A stretch of DNA of 64,000 nucleotides from the human T2T-CHM13v2.0 reference genome, Homo sapiens (GCF_009914755.1 NC_060940.1), one strand, 5' to 3'. Shown: positions 1 to 13,500, counted from the first letter of the stretch. Numbers and translations are program-made. The notes: generated by a model not told the origin, from the letters alone.

Positions 1-222
1 AAAGTCTCTTTTTGTGGAATTTGCAAGTGGAGATTTCAAGCGCTTTGAGGCCAAAAGCAGAAAAGGAAATATTTTCCTATAAAAACTCGACAGAATCTTT
101 CTCAGAAACTGCTCTGGGATGTGTGCGTTCAACTCACAGAGTTTAACTTTTCTTTTCATTCAGCAGTTTGGAAACACTCTGTTTGGAAAGTCTGCACGTG
201 GATATTTTGACCTCTTTGAGGC

Positions 223-239
223 CTTCGTTGGAAACGGGT
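223..239 (+). promoter_or_regulatory. CENP-B box, dimer D1 (repeats in each HOR)
   Basis: CTTCGTTGGAAACGGGT matches the essential pattern nTTCGnnnnAnnCGGGn. Unit counting gives about 188 box positions in the window. Confidence 0.95.
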
Positions 240-562
240 TTTTTTCATGTAAGGCTAGACAGAAGAAATCTCAGTAACTTCCTTGTGTTGTGTGTATTCA
301 ACTGACAGAGTTGAACCTTCCTTTAGACAGAGCAGATTCGAAACACTCTTTTTCTGCAATTTGCAAGTGGAGACTTCAAGCGCTTTGAGGCCAAAGGCAG
401 AAAAGGAAATATCTTCGTATAAAAACCCGACAGAATCATTCTCAGAAACTGCTCTGTGATGTGTGCGTTCAACTCACAGAGTTTAACTTTTCTTTTCATT
501 CAGCAGTTTGGAAACACTCTGTTTGTAAAGTCTGCAAGTGGATATCTTGGCCTCTTAGAGGC

Positions 563-579
563 CTTCGTTGGAAGCGGGT
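563..579 (+). promoter_or_regulatory. CENP-B box, dimer D2 (GAAGCGGG allele in this copy)
   Basis: CTTCGTTGGAAGCGGGT; essential bases intact. The G allele is also at 3961, 7359, 10757 and 14155; most copies read GAAACGGG. Confidence 0.93.
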
Positions 580-901
580 TTTTTCATGTAAGGTTAGACA
601 GAGGAATTCCCACTAACTTCCTTGTGTTGTGTGCATTCAACTCACAGAGTTGAATGATTCTTTACACAGAGCAGATTTGAGACACTCTTTTGGTGGAATT
701 TGTAAGTGGAGAATTCAGCCGCTTTGATGTCAACGGTAGAAAAGGAAATATCTTCGTATAAAAACTAGACAGAATGATTCTCAGAAACTGTTTTGTGATG
801 TGTGCTTTCAACTCACAGAGTTTAACCTTTCTTTTCAAAGAGCAGTTAGGAAACACTCTGTTTGTAAAGTCTGCAAGTGGATATTCAGACCTCTTTGAGG
901 C

Positions 902-918
902 CTTCGTTGGAAACGGGA
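902..918 (+). promoter_or_regulatory. CENP-B box, dimer D3
   Basis: CTTCGTTGGAAACGGGA, canonical 17-mer. Confidence 0.96.
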
Positions 919-1070
919 TTTCTTCATATTATGCTAGACAGATGAATTCTCAGTAACTTCCTTGTGTTGTGTGTATTCAACTCACAGAGTTGAACGATCC
1001 TTTACACAGAGCAGATTTGAAACACTGTTTTTCTGGAATTTGCAAGTGGAGATTTCAGCCGCTTTGAGGT

Positions 1071-1087
1071 CAATGGTAGAAAAGGAA
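1071..1087 (+). promoter_or_regulatory. Degenerate pJalpha-box (A-box) position of an A-type monomer
   Basis: CAATGGTAGAAAAGGAA lies at the position homologous to the CENP-B box and resembles the A-type consensus CTAYGGTGRAAAAGGAA. Other A monomers read CAAAAGCAG-, CAAAGGCAG- or CAACGGTAG- before AAAAGGAA. Confidence 0.7.
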
Positions 1088-1241
1088 ATATCTTCGTATA
1101 AAAACTAGACAGAATGATTCTCAGAAACTCCTTTGTGATGTGTGCGTTCAACTCACAGAGTTTAACCTTTCTTTTCACAGAGCAGTTAGGAAACACTCTG
1201 TTTGTGAAGCCTGCCAGTGGATATTCGGACCTCTTTGAGGC

Positions 1242-1258
1242 CTTCGTTGGAAACGGGA
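1242..1258 (+). promoter_or_regulatory. CENP-B box, dimer D4
   Basis: CTTCGTTGGAAACGGGA, canonical 17-mer. Confidence 0.96.
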
Positions 1259-1581
1259 TTTCTTCATATTATGCTAGACAGAAGATTTCTCAGTAACTTC
1301 TTTGTGTTGTGTGTATGCAACTCACAGAGTTCAACCTTCCTTTAGACAGAGCAGATTTGAAACACTCTTTTTGTGGAATTTGCAAGTGGAGATTTCAAGC
1401 GCTTCGATGCCAATGGTAGAAAAGGAAATATCTTCGTATAAAAACAAGACAAACTCGTTCCCAGACACTGCGTAGTGATGTGTGTGTTTAACTCACAGAG
1501 TTTCACCTTTCTTTTCATACAGCATTCTGGAAACCCTCTGTTTGTAAAGTCTGCAAGTGGATATTTGGACCTCTTAGATGC

Positions 1582-1598
1582 CTTCGTTGGAAACGGGA
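1582..1598 (+). promoter_or_regulatory. CENP-B box, dimer D5
   Basis: CTTCGTTGGAAACGGGA, canonical 17-mer. Confidence 0.96.
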
Positions 1599-4500
1599 TT
1601 TCTTCATATAATGCTAGAGGGAAGAATTCTTAGTAACTTCTTTGTGTTGTGTGTATTCAACTGACAGAGTTGAACCTTCCTTTAGACAGAGCAGATTTGA
1701 AAGTCTCTTTTTGTGGAATTTGCAAGTGGAGATTTCAAGCGCTTTGAGGCCGAAAGCAGAAAAGGAAATATTTTCCTATAAAAACTCGACAGAATCTTTC
1801 TCAGAAACTGCTCTGGGATGTGTGCGTTCAACTCACAGAGTTTAACTTTTCTTTTCATTCAGCAGTTTGGAAACACTCTGTTTGGAAAGTCTGCACGTGG
1901 ATATTTTGACCTCTTTGAGGCCTTCGTTGGAAACGGGTTTTTTTCATGTAAGGCTAGACAGAAGAAATCTCAGTAACTTCCTTGTGTTGTGTGTATTCAA
2001 CTGACAGAGTTGAACCTTCCTTTAGACAGAGCAGATTCGAAACACTCTTTTTCTGCAATTTGCAAGTGGAGACTTCAAGCGCTTTGAGGCCAAAGGCAGA
2101 AAAGGAAATATCTTCGTATAAAAACCCGACAGAATCATTCTCAGAAACTGCTCTGTGATGTGTGCGTTCAACTCACAGAGTTTAACTTTTCTTTTCATTC
2201 AGCAGTTTGGAAACACTCTGTTTGTAAAGTCTGCAAGTGGATATCTTGGCCTCTTAGAGGCCTTCGTTGGAAACGGGTTTTTTCATGTAAGGATAGACAG
2301 AGGAATTCCCAGTAACTTCCTTGTGTTGTGTGCATTCAACTCACAGAGTTGAATGATTCTTTACACAGAGCAGATTTGAGACACTCTTTTGGTGGAATTT
2401 GTAAGTGGAGAATTCAGCCGCTTTGAGGTCAACGGTAGAAAAGGAAATATCTTCGTATAAAAACTAGACAGAATGATTCTCAGAAACTGTTTTGTGATGT
2501 GTGCGTTCAACTCACAGAGTTTAACCTTTCTTTTCAAAGAGCAGTTAGGAAACACTCTGTTTGTAAAGTCTGCAAGTGGATATTCAGACCTCTTTGAGGC
2601 CTTCGTTGGAAACGGGATTTCTTCATATTATGCTAGACAGATGAATTCTCAGTAACTTCCTTGTGTTGTGTGTATTCAACTCACAGAGTTGAACGATCCT
2701 TTACACAGAGCAGATTTGAAACACTGTTTTTCTGGAATTTGCAAGTGGAGATTTCAGCCGCTTTGAGGTCAATGGTAGAAAAGGAAATATCTTCGTATAA
2801 AAACTAGACAGAATGATTCTCAGAAACTCCTTTGTGATGTGTGCGTTCAACTCACAGAGTTTAACCTTTCTTTTCACAGAGCAGTTAGGAAACACTCTGT
2901 TTGTGAAGCCTGCCAGTGGATATTCGGACCTCTTTGAGGCCTTCGTTGGAAACGGGATTTCTTCATATTATGCTAGACAGAAGATTTCTCAGTAACTTCT
3001 TTGTGTTGTGTGTATGCAACTCACAGAGTTCAACCTTCCTTTAGACAGAGCAGATTTGAAACACTCTTTTTGTGGAATTTGCAAGTGGAGATTTCAAGCG
3101 CTTCGATGCCAATGGTAGAAAAGGAAATATCTTCGTATAAAAACAAGACAAACTCGTTCCCAGACACTGCGTAGTGATGTGTGTGTTTAACTCACAGAGT
3201 TTCACCTTTCTTTTCATACAGCATTCTGGAAACCCTGTGTTTGTAAAGTCTGCAAGTGGATATTTGGACCTCTTAGATGCCTTCGTTGGAAACGGGATTT
3301 CTTCATATAATGCTAGAGGGAAGAATTCTTAGTAACTTCTTTGTGTTGTGTGTATTCAACTGACAGAGTTGAACCTTCCTTTAGACAGAGCAGATTTGAA
3401 AGTCTCTTTTTGTGGAATTTGCAAGTGGAGATTTCAAGCGCTTTGAGGCCAAAAGCAGAAAAGGAAATATTTTCCTATAAAAACTCGACAGAATCTTTCT
3501 CAGAAACTGCTCTGGGATGTGTGCGTTCAACTCACAGAGTTTAACTTTTCTTTTCATTCAGCAGTTTGGAAACACTCTGTTTGGAAAGTCTGCACGTGGA
3601 TATTTTGACCTCTTTGAGGCCTTCGTTGGAAACGGGTTTTTTTCATGTAAGGCTAGACAGAAGAAATCTCAGTAACTTCCTTGTGTTGTGTGTATTCAAC
3701 TGACAGAGTTGAACCTTCCTTTAGACAGAGCAGATTCGAAACACTCTTTTTCTGCAATTTGCAAGTGGAGACTTCAAGCGCTTTGAGGCCAAAGGCAGAA
3801 AAGGAAATATCTTCGTATAAAAACCCGACAGAATCATTCTCAGAAACTGCTCTGTGATGTGTGCGTTCAACTCACAGAGTTTAACTTTTCTTTTCATTCA
3901 GCAGTTTGGAAACACTCTGTTTGTAAAGTCTGCAAGTGGATATCTTGGCCTCTTAGAGGCCTTCGTTGGAAGCGGGTTTTTTCATGTAAGGATAGACAGA
4001 GGAATTCCCAGTAACTTCCTTGTGTTGTATGCATTCAACTCACAGAGTTGAATGATTCTTTACACAGAGCAGATTTGAGACACTCTTTTGGTGGAATTTG
4101 TAAGTGGAGAATTCAGCCGCTTTGAGGTCAACGGTAGAAAAGGAAATATCTTCGTATAAAAACTAGACAGAATGATTCTCAGAAACTGTTTTGTGATGTG
4201 TGCTTTCAACTCACAGAGTTTAACCTTTCTTTTCAAAGAGCAGTTAGGAAACACTCTGTTTGTAAAGTCTGCAAGTGGATATTCAGACCTCTTTGAGGCC
4301 TTCGTTGGAAACGGGATTTCTTCATATTATGCTAGACAGATGAATTCTCAGTAACTTCCTTGTGTTGTGTGTATTCAACTCACAGAGTTGAACGATCCTT
4401 TACACAGAGCAGATTTGAAACACTGTTTTTCTGGAATTTGCAAGTGGAGATTTCAGCCGCTTTGAGGTCAATGGTAGAAAAGGAAATATCTTCGTATAAA

Positions 4501-7500
4501 AACTAGACAGAATGATTCTCAGAAACTCCTTTGTGATGTGTGCGTTCAACTCACAGAGTTTAACCTTTCTTTTCACAGAGCAGTTAGGAAACACTCTGTT
4601 TGTGAAGCCTGCCAGTGGATATTCGGACCTCTTTGAGGCCTTCGTTGGAAACGGGATTTCTTCATATTATGCTAGACAGAAGATTTCTCAGTAACTTCTT
4701 TGTGTTGTGTGTATGCAACTCACAGAGTTCAACCTTCCTTTAGACAGAGCAGATTTGAAACACTCTTTTTGTGGAATTTGCAAGTGGAGATTTCAAGCGC
4801 TTCGATGCCAATGGTAGAAAAGGAAATATCTTCGTATAAAAACAAGACAAACTCGTTCCCAGACACTGCGTAGTGATGTGTGTGTTTAACTCACAGAGTT
4901 TAACCTTTCTTTTCATACAGCATTCTGGAAACCCTGTGTTTGTAAAGTCTGCAAGTGGATATTTGGACCTCTTAGATGCCTTCGTTGGAAACGGGATTTC
5001 TTCATATAATGCTAGAGGGAAGAATTCTTAGTAACTTCTTTGTGTTGTGTGTATTCAACTGACAGAGTTGAACCTTCCTTTAGACAGAGCAGATTTGAAA
5101 GTCTCTTTTTGTGGAATTTGCAAGTGGAGATTTCAAGCGCTTTGAGGCCAAAAGCAGAAAAGGAAATATTTTCCTATAAAAACTCGACAGAATCTTTCTC
5201 AGAAACTGCTCTGGGATGTGTGCGTTCAACTCACAGAGTTTAACTTTTCTTTTCATTCAGCAGTTTGGAAACACTCTGTTTGGAAAGTCTGCACGTGGAT
5301 ATTTTGACCTCTTTGAGGCCTTCGTTGGAAACGGGTTTTTTTCATGTAAGGCTAGACAGAAGAAATCTCAGTAACTTCCTTGTGTTGTGTGTATTCAACT
5401 GACAGAGTTGAACCTTCCTTTAGACAGAGCAGATTCGAAACACTCTTTTTCTGCAATTTGCAAGTGGAGACTTCAAGCGCTTTGAGGCCAAAGGCAGAAA
5501 AGGAAATATCTTCGTATAAAAACCCGACAGAATCATTCTCAGAAACTGCTCTGTGATGTGTGCGTTCAACTCACAGAGTTTAACTTTTCTTTTCATTCAG
5601 CAGTTTGGAAACACTCTGTTTGTAAAGTCTGCAAGTGGATATCTTGGCCTCTTAGAGGCCTTCGTTGGAAACGGGTTTTTTCATTTAAGGTTAGACAGAG
5701 GAATTCCCAGTAACTTCCTTGTGTTGTGTGCATTCAACTCACAGAGTTGAATGATTCTTTACACAGAGCAGATTTGAGACACTCTTTTGGTGGAATTTGT
5801 AAGTGGAGAATTCAGCCGCTTTGAGGTCAACGGTAGAAAAGGAAATATCTTCGTATAAGAACTAGACAGAATGATTCTCAGAAACTGTTTTGTGATGTGT
5901 GCTTTCAACTCACAGAGTTTAACCTTTCTTTTCAAAGAGCAGTTAGGAAACACTCTGTTTGTAAAGTCTGCAAGTGGATATTCAGACCTCTTTGAGGCCT
6001 TCGTTGGAAACGGGATTTCTTCATATTATGCTAGACAGATGAATTCTCAGTAACTTCCTTGTGTTGTGTGTATTCAACTCACAGAGTTGAACGATCCTTT
6101 ACACAGAGCAGATTTGAAACACTGTTTTTCTGGAATTTGCAAGTGGAGATTTCAGCCGCTTTGAGGTCAATGGTAGAAAAGGAAATATCTTCGTATAAAA
6201 ACTAGACAGAATGATTCTCAGAAACTCCTTTGTGATGTGTGCGTTCAACTCACAGAGTTTAACCTTTCTTTTCACAGAGCAGTTAGGAAACACTCTGTTT
6301 GTGAAGCCTGCCAGTGGATATTCAGACCTCTTTGAGGCCTTCGTTGGAAACGGGATTTCTTCATATTATGCTAGACAGAAGATTTCTCAGTAACTTCTTT
6401 GTGTTGTGTGTATGCAACTCACAGAGTTCAACCTTCCTTTAGACAGAGCAGATTTGAAACACTCTTTTTGTGGAATTTGCAAGTGGAGATTTCAAGCGCT
6501 TCGATGCCAATGGTAGAAAAGGAAATATCTTCGTATAAAAACAAGACAAACTCGTTCCCAGACACTGCGTAGTGATGTGTGTGTTTAACTCACAGAGTTT
6601 CACCTTTCTTTTCATACAGCATTCTGGAAACCCTGTGTTTGTAAAGTCTGCAAGTGGATATTTGGACCTCTTAGATGCCTTCGTTGGAAACGGGATTTCT
6701 TCATATAATGCTAGAGGGAAGAATTCTTAGTAACTTCTTTTTGTTGTGTGTATTCAACTGACAGAGTTGAACCTTCCTTTAGACAGAGCAGATTTGAAAG
6801 TCTCTTTTTGTGGAATTTGCAAGTGGAGATTTCAAGCGCTTTGAGGCCAAAAGCAGAAAAGGAAATATTTTCCTATAAAAACTCGACAGAATCTTTCTCA
6901 GAAACTGCTCTGGGATGTGTGCGTTCAACTCACAGAGTTTAACTTTTCTTTTCATTCAGCAGTTTGGAAACACTCTGTTTGGAAAGTCTGCACGTGGATA
7001 TTTTGACCTCTTTGAGGCCTTCGTTGGAAACGGGTTTTTTTCATGTAAGGCTAGACAGAAGAAATCTCAGTAACTTCCTTGTGTTGTGTGTATTCAACTG
7101 ACAGAGTTGAACCTTCCTTTAGACAGAGCAGATTCGAAACACTCTTTTTCTGCAATTTGCAAGTGGAGACTTCAAGCGCTTTGAGGCCAAAGGCAGAAAA
7201 GGAAATATCTTCGTATAAAAACCCGACAGAATCATTCTCAGAAACTGCTCTGTGATGTGTGCGTTCAACTCACAGAGTTTAACTTTTCTTTTCATTCAGC
7301 AGTTTGGAAACACTCTGTTTGTAAAGTCTGCAAGTGGATATCTTGGCCTCTTAGAGGCCTTCGTTGGAAGCGGGTTTTTTCATGTAAGGTTAGACAGAGG
7401 AATTCCCACTAACTTCCTTGTGTTGTGTGCATTCAACTCACAGAGTTGAATGATTCTTTACACAGAGCAGATTTGAGACACTCTTTTGGTGGAATTTGTA

Positions 7501-10500
7501 AGTGGAGAATTCAGCCGCTTTGATGTCAACGGTAGAAAAGGAAATATCTTCGTATAAAAACTAGACAGAATGATTCTCAGAAACTGTTTTGTGATGTGTG
7601 CTTTCAACTCACAGAGTTTAACCTTTCTTTTCAAAGAGCAGTTAGGAAACACTCTGTTTGTAAAGTCTGCAAGTGGATATTCAGACCTCTTTGAGGCCTT
7701 CGTTGGAAACGGGATTTCTTCATATTATGCTAGACAGATGAATTCTCAGTAACTTCCTTGTGTTGTGTGTATTCAACTCACAGAGTTGAACGATCCTTTA
7801 CACAGAGCAGATTTGAAACACTGTTTTTCTGGAATTTGCAAGTGGAGATTTCAGCCGCTTTGAGGTCAATGGTAGAAAAGGAAATATCTTCGTATAAAAA
7901 CTAGACAGAATGATTCTCAGAATCTCCTTTGTGATGTGTGCGTTCAACTCACAGAGTTTAACCTTTCTTTTCACAGAGCAGTTAGGAAACACTCTGTTTG
8001 TGAAGCCTGCCAGTGGATATTCGGACCTCTTTGAGGCCTTCGTTGGAAACGGGATTTCTTCATATTATGCTAGACAGAAGATTTCTCAGTAACTTCTTTG
8101 TGTTGTGTGTATGCAACTCACAGAGTTCAACCTTCCTTTAGACAGAGCAGATTTGAAACACTCTTTTTGTGGAATTTGCAAGTGGAGATTTCAAGCGCTT
8201 CGATGCCAATGGTAGAAAAGGAAATATCTTCGTATAAAAACAAGACAAACTCGTTCCCAGACACTGCGTAGTGATGTGTGTGTTTAACTCACAGAGTTTC
8301 ACCTTTCTTTTCATACAGCATTCTGGAAACCCTCTGTTTGTAAAGTCTGCAAGTGGATATTTGGACCTCTTAGATGCCTTCGTTGGAAACGGGATTTCTT
8401 CATATAATGCTAGAGGGAAGAATTCTTAGTAACTTCTTTGTGTTGTGTGTATTCAACTGACAGAGTTGAACCTTCCTTTAGACAGAGCAGATTTGAAAGT
8501 CTCTTTTTGTGGAATTTGCAAGTGGAGATTTCAAGCGCTTTGAGGCCAAAAGCAGAAAAGGAAATATTTTCCTATAAAAACTCGACAGAATCTTTCTCAG
8601 AAACTGCTCTGGGATGTGTGCGTTCAACTCACAGAGTTTAACTTTTCTTTTCATTCAGCAGTTTGGAAACACTCTGTTTGGAAAGTCTGCACGTGGATAT
8701 TTTGACCTCTTTGAGGCCTTCGTTGGAAACGGGTTTTTTTCATGTAAGGCTAGACAGAAGAAATCTCAGTAACTTCCTTGTGTTGTGTGTATTCAACTGA
8801 CAGAGTTGAACCTTCCTTTAGACAGAGCAGATTCGAAACACTCTTTTTCTGCAATTTGCAAGTGGAGACTTCAAGCGCTTTGAGGCCAAAGGCAGAAAAG
8901 GAAATATCTTCGTATAAAAACCCGACAGAATCATTCTCAGAAACTGCTCTGTGATGTGTGCGTTCAACTCACAGAGTTTAACTTTTCTTTTCATTCAGCA
9001 GTTTGGAAACACTCTGTTTGTAAAGTCTGCAAGTGGATATCTTGGCCTCTTAGAGGCCTTCGTTGGAAACGGGTTTTTTCATGTAAGGATAGACAGAGGA
9101 ATTCCCAGTAACTTCCTTGTGTTGTGTGCATTCAACTCACAGAGTTGAATGATTCTTTACACAGAGCAGATTTGAGACACTCTTTTGGTGGAATTTGTAA
9201 GTGGAGAATTCAGCCGCTTTGAGGTCAACGGTAGAAAAGGAAATATCTTCGTATAAAAACTAGACAGAATGATTCTCAGAAACTGTTTTGTGATGTGTGC
9301 GTTCAACTCACAGAGTTTAACCTTTCTTTTCAAAGAGCAGTTAGGAAACACTCTGTTTGTAAAGTCTGCAAGTGGATATTCAGACCTCTTTGAGGCCTTC
9401 GTTGGAAACGGGATTTCTTCATATTATGCTAGACAGATGAATTCTCAGTAACTTCCTTGTGTTGTGTGTATTCAACTCACAGAGTTGAACGATCCTTTAC
9501 ACAGAGCAGATTTGAAACACTGTTTTTCTGGAATTTGCAAGTGGAGATTTCAGCCGCTTTGAGGTCAATGGTAGAAAAGGAAATATCTTCGTATAAAAAC
9601 TAGACAGAATGATTCTCAGAAACTCCTTTGTGATGTGTGCGTTCAACTCACAGAGTTTAACCTTTCTTTTCACAGAGCAGTTAGGAAACACTCTGTTTGT
9701 GAAGCCTGCCAGTGGATATTCGGACCTCTTTGAGGCCTTCGTTGGAAACGGGATTTCTTCATATTATGCTAGACAGAAGATTTCTCAGTAACTTCTTTGT
9801 GTTGTGTGTATGCAACTCACAGAGTTCAACCTTCCTTTAGACAGAGCAGATTTGAAACACTCTTTTTGTGGAATTTGCAAGTGGAGATTTCAAGCGCTTC
9901 GATGCCAATGGTAGAAAAGGAAATATCTTCGTATAAAAACAAGACAAACTCGTTCCCAGACACTGCGTAGTGATGTGTGTGTTTAACTCACAGAGTTTCA
10001 CCTTTCTTTTCATACAGCATTCTGGAAACCCTGTGTTTGTAAAGTCTGCAAGTGGATATTTGGACCTCTTAGATGCCTTCGTTGGAAACGGGATTTCTTC
10101 ATATAATGCTAGAGGGAAGAATTCTTAGTAACTTCTTTGTGTTGTGTGTATTCAACTGACAGAGTTGAACCTTCCTTTAGACAGAGCAGATTTGAAAGTC
10201 TCTTTTTGTGGAATTTGCAAGTGGAGATTTCAAGCGCTTTGAGGCCAAAAGCAGAAAAGGAAATATTTTCCTATAAAAACTCGACAGAATCTTTCTCAGA
10301 AACTGCTCTGGGATGTGTGCGTTCAACTCACAGAGTTTAACTTTTCTTTTCATTCAGCAGTTTGGAAACACTCTGTTTGGAAAGTCTGCACGTGGATATT
10401 TTGACCTCTTTGAGGCCTTCGTTGGAAACGGGTTTTTTTCATGTAAGGCTAGACAGAAGAAATCTCAGTAACTTCCTTGTGTTGTGTGTATTCAACTGAC

Positions 10501-13500
10501 AGAGTTGAACCTTCCTTTAGACAGAGCAGATTCGAAACACTCTTTTTCTGCAATTTGCAAGTGGAGACTTCAAGCGCTTTGAGGCCAAAGGCAGAAAAGG
10601 AAATATCTTCGTATAAAAACCCGACAGAATCATTCTCAGAAACTGCTCTGTGATGTGTGCGTTCAACTCACAGAGTTTAACTTTTCTTTTCATTCAGCAG
10701 TTTGGAAACACTCTGTTTGTAAAGTCTGCAAGTGGATATCTTGGCCTCTTAGAGGCCTTCGTTGGAAGCGGGTTTTTTCATGTAAGGTTAGACAGAGGAA
10801 TTCCCACTAACTTCCTTGTGTTGTGTGCATTCAACTCACAGAGTTGAATGATTCTTTACACAGAGCAGATTTGAGACACTCTTTTGGTGGAATTTGTAAG
10901 TGGAGAATTCAGCCGCTTTGATGTCAACGGTAGAAAAGGAAATATCTTCGTATAAAAACTAGACAGAATGATTCTCAGAAACTGTTTTGTGATGTGTGCT
11001 TTCAACTCACAGAGTTTAACCTTTCTTTTCAAAGAGCAGTTAGGAAACACTCTGTTTGTAAAGTCTGCAAGTGGATATTCAGACCTCTTTGAGGCCTTCG
11101 TTGGAAACGGGATTTCTTCATATTATGCTAGACAGATGAATTCTCAGTAACTTCCTTGTGTTGTGTGTATTCAACTCACAGAGTTGAACGATCCTTTACA
11201 CAGAGCAGATTTGAAACACTGTTTTTCTGGAATTTGCAAGTGGAGATTTCAGCCGCTTTGAGGTCAATGGTAGAAAAGGAAATATCTTCGTATAAAAACT
11301 AGACAGAATGATTCTCAGAAACTCCTTTGTGATGTGTGCGTTCAACTCACAGAGTTTAACCTTTCTTTTCACAGAGCAGTTAGGAAACACTCTGTTTGTG
11401 AAGCCTGCCAGTGGATATTCGGACCTCTTTGAGGCCTTCGTTGGAAACGGGATTTCTTCATATTATGCTAGACAGAAGATTTCTCAGTAACTTCTTTGTG
11501 TTGTGTGTATGCAACTCACAGAGTTCAACCTTCCTTTAGACAGAGCAGATTTGAAACACTCTTTTTGTGGAATTTGCAAGTGGAGATTTCAAGCGCTTCG
11601 ATGCCAATGGTAGAAAAGGAAATATCTTCGTATAAAAACAAGACAAACTCGTTCCCAGACACTGCGTAGTGATGTGTGTGTTTAACTCACAGAGTTTCAC
11701 CTTTCTTTTCATACAGCATTCTGGAAACCCTCTGTTTGTAAAGTCTGCAAGTGGATATTTGGACCTCTTAGATGCCTTCGTTGGAAACGGGATTTCTTCA
11801 TATAATGCTAGAGGGAAGAATTCTTAGTAACTTCTTTGTGTTGTGTGTATTCAACTGACAGAGTTGAACCTTCCTTTAGACAGAGCAGATTTGAAAGTCT
11901 CTTTTTGTGGAATTTGCAAGTGGAGATTTCAAGCGCTTTGAGGCCGAAAGCAGAAAAGGAAATATTTTCCTATAAAAACTCGACAGAATCTTTCTCAGAA
12001 ACTGCTCTGGGATGTGTGCGTTCAACTCACAGAGTTTAACTTTTCTTTTCATTCAGCAGTTTGGAAACACTCTGTTTGGAAAGTCTGCACGTGGATATTT
12101 TGACCTCTTTGAGGCCTTCGTTGGAAACGGGTTTTTTTCATGTAAGGCTAGACAGAAGAAATCTCAGTAACTTCCTTGTGTTGTGTGTATTCAACTGACA
12201 GAGTTGAACCTTCCTTTAGACAGAGCAGATTCGAAACACTCTTTTTCTGCAATTTGCAAGTGGAGACTTCAAGCGCTTTGAGGCCAAAGGCAGAAAAGGA
12301 AATATCTTCGTATAAAAACCCGACAGAATCATTCTCAGAAACTGCTCTGTGATGTGTGCGTTCAACTCACAGAGTTTAACTTTTCTTTTCATTCAGCAGT
12401 TTGGAAACACTCTGTTTGTAAAGTCTGCAAGTGGATATCTTGGCCTCTTAGAGGCCTTCGTTGGAAACGGGTTTTTTCATGTAAGGATAGACAGAGGAAT
12501 TCCCAGTAACTTCCTTGTGTTGTGTGCATTCAACTCACAGAGTTGAATGATTCTTTACACAGAGCAGATTTGAGACACTCTTTTGGTGGAATTTGTAAGT
12601 GGAGAATTCAGCCGCTTTGAGGTCAACGGTAGAAAAGGAAATATCTTCGTATAAAAACTAGACAGAATGATTCTCAGAAACTGTTTTGTGATGTGTGCGT
12701 TCAACTCACAGAGTTTAACCTTTCTTTTCAAAGAGCAGTTAGGAAACACTCTGTTTGTAAAGTCTGCAAGTGGATATTCAGACCTCTTTGAGGCCTTCGT
12801 TGGAAACGGGATTTCTTCATATTATGCTAGACAGATGAATTCTCAGTAACTTCCTTGTGTTGTGTGTATTCAACTCACAGAGTTGAACGATCCTTTACAC
12901 AGAGCAGATTTGAAACACTGTTTTTCTGGAATTTGCAAGTGGAGATTTCAGCCGCTTTGAGGTCAATGGTAGAAAAGGAAATATCTTCGTATAAAAACTA
13001 GACAGAATGATTCTCAGAAACTCCTTTGTGATGTGTGCGTTCAACTCACAGAGTTTAACCTTTCTTTTCACAGAGCAGTTAGGAAACACTCTGTTTGTGA
13101 AGCCTGCCAGTGGATATTCGGACCTCTTTGAGGCCTTCGTTGGAAACGGGATTTCTTCATATTATGCTAGACAGAAGATTTCTCAGTAACTTCTTTGTGT
13201 TGTGTGTATGCAACTCACAGAGTTCAACCTTCCTTTAGACAGAGCAGATTTGAAACACTCTTTTTGTGGAATTTGCAAGTGGAGATTTCAAGCGCTTCGA
13301 TGCCAATGGTAGAAAAGGAAATATCTTCGTATAAAAACAAGACAAACTCGTTCCCAGACACTGCGTAGTGATGTGTGTGTTTAACTCACAGAGTTTCACC
13401 TTTCTTTTCATACAGCATTCTGGAAACCCTGTGTTTGTAAAGTCTGCAAGTGGATATTTGGACCTCTTAGATGCCTTCGTTGGAAACGGGATTTCTTCAT

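Larger units (their letters stand above)
223..1921 (+). repeat. Representative canonical 10-mer HOR unit (5 dimers)
   Basis: CENP-B boxes start at 223, 563, 902, 1242 and 1582, and the next unit's at 1922. Spacings 340+339+340+340+340 sum to 1699. I see a single GATC site per unit (996-999). Confidence 0.95.

Noticed and set aside
72-90. TATA-box-like CCTATAAAAA
   Set aside because: It is a standard part of the alphoid A monomer, and nothing in the sequence supports promoter function.
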